In this document: positions 33,999-46,959 of the stretch, piece after piece
How positions within the stretch are numbered: position 1 is the first letter of the stretch
Layout of the letters: every line of letters begins with the position of its first letter
Source of the DNA: Macrostomum lignano
Taxonomy: Eukaryota
Direction: 5' to 3'
Length of the DNA stretch: 64,000 bases
Assembly: GCA_002269645.1 (NCBI GenBank)
Contig: NIVC01002252.1
Span: forward strand, 1-64,000
Program-made: the position numbers and the translations under genes
The notes under the pieces: model-generated
What the model was told of the DNA's origin: nothing
Seen by the model: only the letters and a program-made list of their open reading frames with translations
The model's database searches: none

Positions 33999-36970
33999 GG
34001 CAGACAGACAGACAGACAGACAGATAGACAGACAGACAGACGACACTAATGTTATGATAAATGCCAAGTCATGTTTGCGAGCGAGCGAGAAAACTCTTAG
34101 ACCCAGACACTGGGTAAACACCGATATATATTGTTGAGAACTTGACTGTACATAGAAGGGGTGGGGGCCAGTGTACAAAGATGTACACGAAATTGCGAGA
34201 GTAAATATTAGTGCACACAAGCCACACACAACAACTAAGACAGACAGACAGACAGACAGACAGACCCCACCTAAGCTGCAATAATTTCAACGCAAAAATG
34301 AACAAAATTTCAATCAGAATCAAAGCCGCCAATCACTACTGCGTGAACCAGCTGACGCTAAAAATCAGTCTGGACGATTTCTATCACCGAGACGAGATTT
34401 TGATTCCGCAACTGCCGCACGAGACTGAGGTTAGTCAGGCACGACATCGCAAGTGCAGGTGGATTGTAAGCTTCAACACCGGCAACAAATGCACGCAGCT
34501 GGTACTGGCTGGGTTGCCAGCTCAGGGAAACTCCAGTTTCTGGTCGACTGACAGCCGTTTAAGATTCACCTCGATGTCGAATGTCGAAACGACCGTCTTA
34601 CCTGGAATATTCCAGGTCGTCCCGTTAGAGAGCAAGTACGTTACCTGTAGTCAGCACTTTCCGCTTTATGATTTCGTCCAACACAAGTGAAATGGGAAGT
34701 TTGCATAAAGACCCTCTACGGGGAGGCGGCCTCTCCTGCCCTGCGTCCTGCCCTGTGCTCTGTGCTGATTGGCTGCGGCCAGCCCGTCTGTGATACGAGG
34801 GCTGCGTCCTGCCCCATGCGGGGTTCTGATTGGCTGGCCTTATGCGCTATTGGCGAGCTTCGCCGATGGGGCTGCCTGCCGTCCCCATTGTAAGGGTTTT
34901 TCTTTATTATTTATTACTTTTTTTGCTTCCCGGTGTTTCTTGATGCCATGGTGACAACTCGTTCACGGTAGCTGACTTTGGGGGTCAGGTAAGCAGGCTA
35001 TTCAGCTGTGTCAAACCGAGGCCAACTCTGCTTAACCTGCAGCGTTAGCGGCACTTCAGACTAATTTTCATTCGAAATTTAATTTACATGTACAAACATA
35101 TTTGTATAAAAAACATGCTTTCTTTTGCATAATAAATAAACTGATTGTAGTAGAAAAGCAGCTGCTCTAAGCTTTAAATCTAACTTCTAGGTTGCACACC
35201 GCTTGCAGCAAAATTTTTCTGGTGGAGGCCAGCTGGGATCCGCGGACTGATGGCCAAAACGCGGCAAACTTGAGATTTCTGCTGCCACTTCCCAGCATGT
35301 GCAGCCGCGACATGCTGAGCTACCGGAGCAGCTGCTTTGCTGTCAGCTTACTTCAGCAGAGCTTGACAGATGCGCTGCCCAGCATCAGAGGTGACGCTCA
35401 GCTAGCCAGCTTCACCAGTTGGTCTGCGATCGAGGAGTTCATCGCATCCAGTGAGTGGTTTTTACATGTAGTTTTGGGTGAACTCAAGTAAAAGAACGTC
35501 ACACACTTTGCAAGTAGCATCGAGTGCATGTAGACTATATCTCAATTTGTCTTACGAACTGCAAAGTTTAGCAGAAATCTCTATTGTATTTTGTGTTAAT
35601 GATAACCTTTTTATTCGGTCGGGTTATAACTGCAGAGAGTTCCGTGGTGAGACCAAGTTTTGCTCGAACCGTAATGCAAACTTCTATTCTAACAATCCTT
35701 TTAAAGGAAAGGAAAATAATATTGATAAACTTGTGAATCTCGGAGTATAACAACACTCTTCTCTTGTCAATTTGGAAGTTACAAAATGTGTGACGTACCC
35801 GTAATTAAGTCTGGAAAAACCGGGAACTTCCCATCTAGGAAAGTCAGCCTCCATAAAAATTTGCGGGATTTGCGAGGTAGCATATTGCCAGTTCTTTAAT
35901 GATTTATATAATTCTGTTTCACACTTCAAACTTGCTTTTCTCAAATAAGGGTGTAAATTTCCGGTGCATTCGATGCCTCCCTTTGAATTTCAGACGAAGC
36001 CAGAGCGCATAAATTTCCATACAGGCAGCCGCTGAGCTTTGACCAGCCGGTTCGTCTTGGCATGTTTCGTAACGCCTCCAATGACGGCTTGCTGTCCATC
36101 GCTAGGACTCCATCGGGCTGTGAATTGCAGCCTGCGTCTGTGTGAGTCCAATTCAGCTCTGGTGGCTCTCACGCATGAAAAAATAAATAGAAGGACTCTA
36201 CTTTGAATACATGAGCGACATAGGAATTTCCATGTTTGTTTAGCAGAGCAAGCATGTATTTTGTTCGAGGTCAATTCCCAAGTGCTTTTTGCACAGCACT
36301 AAGTGAGTAAAGACACTGGGTGGATATGAAATCGTGAAAAAACTTGCTGGAAGACGGAAGTTTATCAAGTCGAAATTCCAGAAAGAGAGGATTTTCAACT
36401 ATTGTTAAAACTAGAAATAAAGGCCTCCAGCGAAATTCACACGGCTTGCTAGTGCAGAAGTCTTTATGTTTGAGTTGTTCATGCTCCCAACAGTTATCAC
36501 ACAGAAAGTCGCATCAACATTGCAGGAAGATTGCAGATGCCTTTGGCGGTGACTGAGTTTCATTGACAGTCGACTCAAACGGACCTGTTATTGCCTTTGT
36601 TAACTGCAACATCCCGATGCTGTCGCTAATCAGCTTCCCAGAGACTCATTCCGGTCTCAGCCAGTTGGACTGCAATCTACCAGGCAGATTGTCTGACTTG
36701 TTTTCCGGGAATGAGGCTGTGAACCAGGCGAAAGCGGATGCTTCAATGAAGTTGCAGAGTGATGAAGAAGAGCAGGTGCCACCACGAGTGTCAACTTTCG
36801 AGCTCAATGCAGACACGATAGTGTCTGAGAATCAACCTTCAGCCAGCAATCAGAAGGCTGCCCTTGTCATACCGGTCATTGCGACAATAATAATCGTTTT
36901 TATTCTACTGTTAGTCACACGCTCACTCGCATTTATACCGCCTCTACATTGCGATACCGCCTCTGCATAG
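33683..36970 (+). pseudogene. Family B copy B2, nonsense codon in the last exon, start codon not found
   Basis: Hydrophobic exon ending CA|GTGAGT (about 33755), then exons 34318-34635, 35209-35450, 35994-36141 and 36526-36970. TGA at 36554 replaces the Cys of GxCVSL; the TM LVIPVIATIIIVFILLLV lies downstream of it. Confidence 0.72.
33775..34042. repeat. (GACA)n microsatellite, B2 intron
   Basis: Imperfect tetranucleotide run; a short second run at about 34238-34264. Confidence 0.97.
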
Positions 36971-37713
36971 TTGCATGCTGCAAGGGTAATTATTCTCAAT
37001 TATCAGCGTTGAGGCACTAAAGACTAAGATAAGTAGAAAAGGCGATACAATACAATGTGGTCAGCCATGATTTGTTTAATTGCTCGTTACGTGAATACCT
37101 AGTATTAAATCTAAAATGATTATGTTTTTAAAGTATTGATTTATAATTTTAGTGCCAATCATTTGGCGTTCATCACGAGACAGTTGGTGTTTATCAATCC
37201 TTTTTTCACCAAACACACAACTTCACTTCACCTTTACAGTGTAAGCGAGTTCACTTTTCTTTATTAGCTTGTAAAGTATTCGAAGCACTGAGAGAAACCA
37301 TATATTGCAACTGTAATTTCGTCCTCACGGGACAGTTTATCACGAACATGCTTGGCTTGAAGTGAAACAAATTGAATAAAAATATCTTGACTGCTGTGTC
37401 AGTTGCTTTGGCTATTACAAAATACAGGAGTTACAGAGTTTTAAATAAGCCAAACTGATTGAAGTCAAATGTAAGGATTTAAATATTCACTTGAGTACTT
37501 AAAATAGCCTTAGTAAGAACAGTCCATTTTTCATGGACATTAACTGTAGCAGCAGTTCAAGGCAATCGTCGGGGAGGCGGCATTTGATGTAAACAAAGCA
37601 GGCAGTCATAAAATCTTCAAGTCTCGAGGCTGCGTCCATCGCACACTGCGTTAAACTTCTGTTAGAAAATTAGCATCCATGAAAGTTTTCTTTACCTGAA
37701 TATTCGACTTTAA

Positions 37714-40700
37714 ATGAAGGATTTTTACAAAATTTTGCTGTGGCTGCTGCTCTGCAACACAAAATTCACCGCCGGCAACTCAGACTGCTCCTCCACGCGC
37801 CAAGCCGGTGAGGCAAGCGAAATTGAAATGCATATCAACTCCAGCTAACAGGAAGACTGAAAGTAAGCAGTATCTACTACATTTTCCAGTGACAGTGCAG
37901 CTGAGCAGGGCTGACGTTCTGCGCACCTGGCAACCCAGCGGTGCGCACTGCCGTTGGTGGGAGAGTCGGCAGTCAGAGACAAACCGATTCTCTGCTGCTG
38001 TGCGGTCCGGGCCTCGGTGGCTTGTGATGCAGCTGAGGCAGCCGATGATGCTGGAGTCAGTTAGCGTGCGAGACTGGGGTGAGTGACGCTGACCGACTCA
38101 TTCTCATGATGCAGGATGAGGCAGAGGGAGTCTGGGACACAGAGTGTGAGACAGTGTGAGACCAGCTAGCATCTAATTAGCACTCTGAGACAGTGTGAGA
38201 CCAGCTAGCGTCTAATTAGCACTGTGAGACAGTGTGAGACCAGCTAGCATCTAATTAGCACTGTGAGACAGTGTGAGACCAGCTAGCATCTAATTAGCAC
38301 TCTGAGAAAGTGTGAGACCAGCTAGCATCTAATTAGCACTCTGAGACAGTGTGAGACCAGCTAGCAGCCAATTAGCACTCTGAGACAGTGTGAGACCAGC
38401 TAGCATCTAATTAGCACTCTGAGACAGTGTGAGACCAGCTAGCAGCCAAGCACTTGTGTTGCAGATGGCCAGTGGCTCGCAGCAGCTCCGGTCGGCTCGC
38501 CCGTGTCAGCGGTCGGAGCCTCGAGCCTCCCGCTGGAGCTGCAGCTGGAGGATCCGTGCCGCGCCAGCTGGGAGGCGTTCGGCCGCAGCGACCGCTGGAG
38601 GCAGATTGGGGTGAAACGAGTAGATCAAGTAAGCTGCTTCATTTGAATTATCTTATCATAATAATGAAATTGATAAATCCATCCATTTCACACTTCAGCC
38701 CCTAGTTCGTTTCCTTGTGCTAAGTAGCTTGAGTACTACTGGACTGAGCTGGAGGGCCGTCTCATTAACAGGTCTCAGAGAGATTTTGAAATTTTATGAA
38801 GTTATCACTGAATCATAGCTTATTGTGAATTAAGTGCTTTAGAAGCAGGTTACAATTTTTCTTGTAGGTCGCTTTCTACCGCTGAGCCTCACAGTAACTG
38901 ACAACAGACTGTGCCCTCTGAGAGACCTGTCCGCCTTGCACGATGGAGATGAAGCCTGCTTCTCTGTTTCAAGATGTACCAGCGGATCGATTCGATGCTT
39001 TTTTAACCTTAGCAATGGCGCAACTCTGGAGCCGAGACTGGTCTGCTCAACTCTTCTTTATAGCGTGCTATCAATAATTTTTCTTGCACTGACTTGATAC
39101 AAAATTCGCTTTTTCAGCTACGAAGCCAAAAGCTGCAAGCTAAATTCGAGTTCACAGCCAATTTCTCGCTGCACGGAGCACTGCTCACCTGTCTTCTGCC
39201 TGATCGGCCAGTGATTCGAATCGAGCAGACCATTGGAATCGTTGGTGAGAAAGAAGTGTCTGCCTGAGTTAAAAAATGTATTTTAAGTCCGCTTTGAAGA
39301 TTACAAAGCGAAACATGCACTTTTCAGTCACACCAAGTGTTGAACTGTCGTTATCAACCGTGTGGGTGATTGGTCGCAGAGCCAAGGTGTACTTTTTCTC
39401 AAGCCCAGCTTATCCTCCTCAGCAGCACAGGTGCCAAATTATCTCTGGCAGCAGCACCTGGGAACTGAATGAGCATTTTAGTAAGGTAAGTAGTATTATA
39501 TTATTGTTGAAAATGCTGTACCTTGCCCAATCATGTACTTTTCCATGAAATAAACTTCCAGACTAGACAGGCTTACATCAGGAACAGCATCAACATGTCG
39601 CTAACTGAAGTGAAGTCTGAATTTGTAGTCACAGTCACGTCAGCCATGCTGAGGGGCACCGTGAGATGCAGTAGCAGCTATAAAAGTACGAGTCAAGGAG
39701 AAGTCAAGAAAGATATCGATATTTCAAGCATCAGCGGTAAGTGCTTGCATTAGAGAATCTCCTATACGCCCGATTGGAAGAGCCATAAAGATCTCCTCAT
39801 TTCAGAGCCTTGCACAACTGCCATTCATGTAGACAACATCCAGTACTCGTATCAGGTTGTACAAGTGACGTCACTGAGATGCAGCATTTGGAATGTTCAG
39901 CACATCTGCTGGCTTGTCAAGCCCAAAGAAGATATCAAACAGCGTCTAATTAAGCTATCTGTACGATTTTTGCTATTGTAATAATTCCTATTATTCAGAA
40001 GTTACTGCAACAATATTTGATGTCTTCTATTGCAGCAAGACGGCTTTAGCAGCACTCACAGGTTGAATATTATGAAACAAGAGCAGAAAACAGACTGGCT
40101 AGTGAGATGCAGCGTTAATCAGTCGGGAGTGACGTACCCGGATGTGGAAACTGAGTTAGCAAGCGATGATGACAGTGAGTCAAGATTTAAAGGTTTTTAC
40201 CACTTTAATCTACACTGCACGTTGCTTCGTTTATATTATTAACGAACTTATACAGCTTGTATTCGTTAGTATTCTGTTTATTGTCATTTGTGAGACTTTT
40301 GGTAGCACTTGGGTAGCGAGTAGGCCATCTAAACTGGCCAGTCCACTGACATCTTAAACAACTATCCTTAATCGTAAAATTGTCAGGAATTGCAACTTAC
40401 ACTAGCTCATTACATTTGGGGTTGTGTAACTGTTGCGAGCCTAAGGGTTCGATGTGTAACTACTCTGCTACTTATCAACCCCACTGTCTTCAGCTTTCTA
40501 CTATCAGTGGGGATTGAGTTGCATAATTTTGCTGATTTTATCTGCCCTCGGCCTCATCGTGAGCTGCATGATTATTCGAAGAATTCGCCGCGCTAGATCA
40601 ACAAAGCCAAACTCGACTTCAAGTAGAAGTTCGACATTTGGACGACGACGCGCCCTCCTCTCGAGTTCGGCCACCTCGCCGCAGGCACAGGTAGGGCTAG

Positions 40701-42036
40701 CCACAGATTTAGTTTGTACATTAGGGCACGCATGTAAGTGTCGAATACTGGTGTTTTGATGAAGAATAGCTTTAAACTTAAAAGAAAATTCTAGCTACCA
40801 TGGGTTGTTTTGGCTATTCGCTCAAGCACTTTTGCTTCTGGCTTTTGCCTGAAACTGAAGCTCTTTCTTAGATTAGCGTGGACACAGATTGCCTGGTAAA
40901 TGGCGCTGCTTATCTGATCAGATTTATGTGTGCACAAATGCAAACTACTAATTAGAACTTCCCTCAGCCTGAACCGCAATATTGCCCAAGTCCATATGAC
41001 TGTAAAATCCAGCAGTGAATTCCGGTGCATCTAATATCTGCTTTGTTACAGCTATATTTATTTTTGTTTCTTTAAAGGTTCAATTCCCATTCTAAATAGT
41101 AATATAGTAGAGATACTCGTATTCTGTTGAGTTTGTGAAATGAATTGCGATTGCTTTAACTCAAGCGTGCTATGGCCTGTACGAGCACGGGTATTGTATG
41201 AAGCCGTAGCCCATTGGTCAATCATGGATGAATAAAACCATGGGTCTAGTGCGGCGCTCTGATGTGTCAGCGGCCCAGGCTCGATTCCAAGTGCAGTCAC
41301 AATAATTCGGAGCTAAATTGGAATCTCGGCTTGGCTCTGCTCGTGCAAGTAACGCCCCTGATCAGGGCCAACCCCCAAAACACAGTGAAGTGTACATGCC
41401 TAACGATAGATAAAGTTAGGGCTGCTGTACACTCCTGTGTGAGTGAGTGCCTGTGCGTTTGACTGCGTACGTATCTGAGCGCTTGTGTGCATGCAGCTCA
41501 GGGGAGTCGGCGGAATGGGCAGTAATGCCTCTCGCCGGTTGTGTGACAATGTCGTCTAAAGTGCACCATGGGTGCAAACAGCTCCTTGCCTGTAACAAAA
41601 AAATGGCCCTTATATTCCGTAGCCCAGAATCATGAGCAGGCTGAACTGCTAGATAGACAAGGAAAAAGCTGGCGTGATCAAAGTAATCTGTTAAATTTCT
41701 CGCCTCTAAGGCCTACTAAAGTATCATGTTAAAATTCTTCGAAAGAAATGACTCTGAATAACATAAATCAATCGTTTCCACCCCCAGCGAGCGGCACCAC
41801 AGCTCAATCATCATCAGGTTGATTCCTCGCAGTCAGTGAGCAGAGGCGGTCCACCACCTGCAGAAAGCAGCTGCCGCGGCAATGAAAGCCAGCCAACCAG
41901 CAGTCAGGAGATCGACCCAGTGTACGAAGAAGTATCTTTGTGTGTCTACAGGCCGGTGCACCCTCTGCCGCGGTACCCACGGCAGTTCTCAGAAAAAAAT
42001 TGTCGACACGCCTACTATTCCAGTCGGTTTGATTGA
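37714..42036 (+). CDS. Family A receptor A5: signal peptide, discoidin-like domain, 3 Ig-like domains, TM, Tyr tail (about 620 aa)
   Basis: 12 GT-AG, phase-consistent, stop-free exons: 37714-37807, 37890-38078, 38465-38628, 38699-38771, 38868-39040, 39118-39244, 39328-39485, 39562-39736, 39806-39960, 40036-40174, 40494-40690, 41818-42036. TM followed by RRIRR; tail PVYEEV. Confidence 0.82.
38145..38445. repeat. 39-bp minisatellite, about 7-8 units, A5 intron 2
   Basis: Same unit as in A1. Confidence 0.95.
41200..41607 (+). mobile_element. SINE family 2 copy, last intron of A5
   Basis: Same position as the copy in A1, so it predates the block duplication. Confidence 0.7.
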
Positions 42037-42477
42037 GACTCTTGAGCACACTCTGTAGGAACCATTAAATGGAATGCACTGCAAACGGAACTACGAGTAT
42101 GTTCAGTAATCATTCTGATTCTACAAAAGTAGGGATTGCTTCATCACTTTTATTGGTAGCTATTTGTGTTACTAATATTATAATTATTAAATGCGACACA
42201 CCCAGTGTTTTGAGTTTTATTTTTTACGATATTATTTCAGGCAACCTTACATACACAGCGAAATAAGAAATTAGAAAAAAGCTTGTGCGTAACGTTTTTG
42301 GCGCAATTCAGAACTTAAATAGAATCTCATATGCGCAAACAAATTATTCGAGATTCTTTTCGGTACCGATATGAAGCCTCACCGCAGTTGCATTCTGGCC
42401 TGCGTCATGCCTTTGATGTATTTTTGGGATTTCCATTATAAGAAGGACCAGATAGAGAATCTAGCGCATGACTGCGG

Positions 42478-42650
42478 CGAGAGAGGAGATGCAAGAGAGA
42501 AGAGAGGAGAGAGAGTAGAGGAGAGAGAGTAGAGGAGAGAGAGTAGAGGAGAGAGAGTAGAGGAGAGAGAGTAGAGGAGAGAGTAGAGGAGAGAGAGTAG
42601 AGGAGAGAGAGTAGCGGAGAGAAGAGAGGAGAGAAGGGAGCTGAGAAGAG
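42478..42650. repeat. AG-rich low-complexity repeat (AGAGGAGAGAGAGT)n
   Basis: Expanded relative to the homologous tract at about 5805-5870. Confidence 0.9.
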
Positions 42651-43534
42651 ACACAAGCCTTGTGCGGACTGGATTGCTATTTTGATGTTTCAAAGGACCC
42701 TGATGTCTTGATAGAGAGACTTTGCAGGCCGCATGTGACTCAGGGGGCCGGATTTTTTCGACTCCTAGTTGTTCTATAGAGTAATTAGATAGAAAATATC
42801 CTCTGTTTTTTAAATTCGAAACTATATCTCAGATTTTCCGTTTAAGCTCATCACGGGAAGGAAATATAAAAGCTCCAACTGCACTTAAGAAACAGGGAGT
42901 GAACTTCACTTTCTCCCACCACATGGCACTTTGGGCAGGTCTTATTCTCGTATGGGAGAGGATGTTTTGACTCGCAGTTGTCATTGTTTCGCAGACCAGT
43001 TTATGGTTTTTAACAGCTAGGTTGCCCCAGAATTCTGGATTGTAAATTTCTAGAAAATATTGTACCTTTATGCAGTTGAGTAGTACCATTTGAAGCTTTA
43101 GTAAAAGTGACTTTGCAGAGTTCTCTACTCTTTAATTGTCTCCAGTGTCTCGTGAATTCCAGTTCAAAAGTTTCGCATCATTTCGCTGTTCATTTCAGTT
43201 TTAAAGTTAACCTCACTGTTAGCGATTTGCTAGAGAGACCCGGTACTGAATAATTCTCTCCTCAATATTTCATATTAAAGAGTCTGCCCAGCTCTGAACG
43301 GCCTCAGCTACTGTTAGTATTATGGCTAACTTGTCAAATTGCCTAGCAAGATCTGAAATTCATCCATTTAGTTCAACTTCCGTCGGTCCAAGGGTCCCCA
43401 CGTCGTCGAAGGCTAAGAGGAAATTATGACATAAAATTTTGATTCCGGAAATTTGAGATGCCAGAAAACATCACACAGGCCCATAGAACATCAATATGAT
43501 TGGTTTCATGTTCTGCAGCTATAGTGTTAGCCTA

Positions 43535-43735
43535 GGGGTGTAGCCTAGTGATTAGAGTTTCAGACTCACGACTGCAAGGTCGGGGGTTCGATTCCCGATT
43601 ATACTAGAACAACTGGTGTTCTTGAACATGACACTTAACTCTATATTGTTTCAGTTCACCCAGCTGTAAAATGGATGCCAGCATTAGCTGGGTGATTGAG
43701 GGTGTGTGTGGCGACCCCCCAGTCCTTGGACTGAT
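43535..43735 (+). mobile_element. SINE family 1 copy
   Basis: CAGACTCACGACTGCAAGGTCGGGGGTTCGATTCCCG and CACCCAGCTGTAAAATGG; position homologous to the 6431 copy. Confidence 0.7.
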
Positions 43736-44667
43736 CTTTATGTACGTAAATGGGTCTAGAAACAACTTCTTGTTCGTATAAATTATTATTTGCTATTAGT
43801 ACTTTTGATTTAAGATAAAGAGCTACATTTTAATAGTCCTAAAAGAACTTCCAAGATCGTATTATCAAAATTAAATACAAAGCTTCTCTGACGCACCTGC
43901 AATTGGCTCCAATACTCTCTGAAAGCGCAACAGCGATTCTAATCAAATTTAAGACCAAAACCGAAATGTGACATGTCTCGTCAAAGCGTACACCCAGAGA
44001 TTCAGTTCGTCTCTAATGCCTCGATGCTGCTTCCGAATGAACGGTTGCTTAACGGACTGTGCCAATCTGTGTCACAAACAGGAGAATCTGTGAAGACAAG
44101 AAACACTGAACTTCGCTAGCTGCAGGTAAATTTAAGGCTTAAAAAGATTCTACAATTACAAAATTATTAACAGCTGAAAAATATAATCCAACAAGCCAGT
44201 TTGCTCAACAAGAAACGAAAACGAATACCCGATGGAGCACGATCTTGGATTCATTCTGCTGCTGTTGCTGCTGAGCTCAAAACTTGCATGCAACGCTCAG
44301 GTCTGCACTGATGCAACTCACCGGGGTCGGTCGAGTTACTCACTGCCTTTTGATACTTTTTTTCATGCCTCATACGAGTGAAATTGAGCGAATCTTTTGC
44401 GATAAATATTTCAGTCACAGTGCTGCTGAGCAGGGCTGACGTTCTGCGCACCTGGCAACCCAGCGGTGCGCACTGCCGTTGGTGGGAGAGTCGGCAGTCA
44501 GAGACAAACCGATTCCCTGCTGCTGTGCGGTCCGGGCCTCGGTGGCTTGTGATGCAGCTGAGGCAGCCGATGATGCTGGAGGCGGTGAGCGTACGAGACT
44601 GGGGTGAGTGACGCTGACCGACTCATTCTCATGATGCATGATGAGGCAGAGGGAGTCTGGGACACAA

Positions 44668-45850
44668 AGTGTGGGACAGTGTGAGACCAGCTAGCATCTA
44701 ATTAGCACTCTGAGACAGTGTGAGACCAGCTAGCATCTAATTAGCACTCTGAGACAGTGTGAGACCAGCTAGCATCTAATTAGCACTCTGAGACAGTGTG
44801 AGACCAGCTAGCATCTAATTAGCATCTAATTAGCACTCTGAGACAGTGTGAGACCAGCTAGCATCTAATTAGCACTCTGAGACAGTGTGAGACCAGCTAG
44901 CATCTAATAGCACTCTGAGACAGTGTGAGACCAGCTAGCATCTAATTAGCACTCTGAGACAGTGTGAGACCAGCTAGCATCTAATTAGCATCTAATTAGC
45001 ACTCTGAGACAGTGCGTGAGACCAGCTAGCATCTAATTAGCACTCTGAGACAGTGTGAGACCAGCTAGCATCTAATTAGCACTCTGAGACAGTGTGAGAC
45101 CAGCTAGCTGCCAATTAGCACTCTGAGACAGTGTGAGACCAGCTAGCATCTAATTAGCACTCTGAGACAGTGTGAGACCAGCTAGCATCTAATTAGCACT
45201 CTGAGACAGTGTGAGACCAGCTAGCATCTAATTAGCACTCTGAGACAGTGTGAGACCAGCTAGCATCTAATTGGCACTCTGAGACAGTGTGAGACCAGCT
45301 AGCATCTAATTAGCACTCTGAGACAGTGTGAGACCAGCTAGCATCTAATTAGCACTCTGAGACAGTGTGAGACCAGCTAGCATCTAATTAGCACTCTGAG
45401 ACAGTGTGAGACCAGCTAGCATCTAATTAGCACTCTGAGACAGTGTGAGACCAGCTAGCATCTAATTAGCACTCTGAGACAGTGTGAGACCAGCTAGCAT
45501 CTAATTAGCACTCTGAGACAGTGTGAGACCAGCTAGCATCTAATTAGCACTCTGAGACAGTGTGAGACCAGCTAGCATCTAATCAGCACTCTGAGACAGT
45601 GTGAGACCAGCTAGCATCTAATTAGCACTCTGAGACAGTGTGAGACAAGCTAGCATCTAATTAGCACTCTGAGACAGTGTGAGACCAGCTAGCATCTAAT
45701 TAGCACTCTGAGACAGTGTGAGACCAGCTAGCATCTAATGAACACTCTGAGACAGTGAGAGACCAGCTAGCATCTAATTAGCACTCTGAGACAGTATGAG
45801 ACCAGCTAGCATCTAATTAGCACTCTGAGACAGTGTGAGACCAGCTAGCA
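44668..45850. repeat. 39-bp minisatellite, about 30 units, A6 intron 2
   Basis: Longest copy of the intron-2 array. Confidence 0.97.
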
Positions 45851-46959
45851 GCCAAACACTCGTGTTGCAGATGGCCAGTGGCTCGCAGCAGCTCCGGTCG
45901 GCTCGCCCGTGTCAGCGGTCGGAGCCTCGAGCCTCCCGCTGGAGCTGCAGCTGGAGGATCCGTGCCGCGCCAGCTGGGAGGCCTTCGGCAGCAATGACCG
46001 CTGGAGGCACCTTGGAAGAGCTTACAATAAGGTAGCAATGTTTACCTCGAACCCGTAGTGTACCTTTGCGGGATCGAGTATTTTAATAAAAGCAAGAAAG
46101 GGTATTTTTCTGCTTCAGAGCACAGTTCGGTACATACTGATCAAGACCCGGACGAATGCTCCGCTAAGTTGGAGTGCCATGAAACTGTCAGGTCTTTAAT
46201 TAAAATATTAATAGAATACCTACTTCTAATTGATGGGTTAAATTTTGTGATAATTGAGTCGCAAGACGTCACTTTATTTTTAGGACCTGCCGGTCCACTG
46301 AACCTCACCGTGATGAACAGCACGCAATGTCCGTTTAAAAATCTGCAAGCCATGAAAGCTGGGAGCTTGGCCTGCCTCTTAGTTTCGAGCTGCAGTCTTG
46401 ACGGCTCACTTGGCTGCCTTTTGAACTACAGCAACGGGTCAACTCAGCACCTGAGACAGGTGCGCCAATCGTTTTAAGTAGAACTTGAATTGTGTACACT
46501 TGCTAAATTACCTCAAAAACTCTCCATCACGGCAGCTGAACAGCCAGGCACAGCCCGCAGTGTTCAAACTCAATGCCACCTCGGCAATGCACGATGCGAC
46601 GCTCAGCTGCTTTCTGACAGACCGACCTGCTGAGCGCATTGAGCAGACTATTGGGGTTTTATGTGAGAGCGTTTTAATCAGGGATGGGTTTCTGTTGAGG
46701 AAGTTATGTTGCAATTACTTCAACATGTTTATGTTTCAGTTCCCCCTGCCAGCCTGTCAGTATCGGTGTCACCCGTGTGGGTCAGCGGCAGCAGCGTCAC
46801 TGTGAATGTCACATCAGCTCCGGCTTACCCAGCACTGCATCACAGCTGCAGCATCATTTCTGCCAGCTCTGAGTGGCGTCTGGATGAAAACCGCACGAAT
46901 GTGAGATGAACTCATGACTTTCTGCAGATCATCCCTATGAGATCAGCTGTGACTTACAG

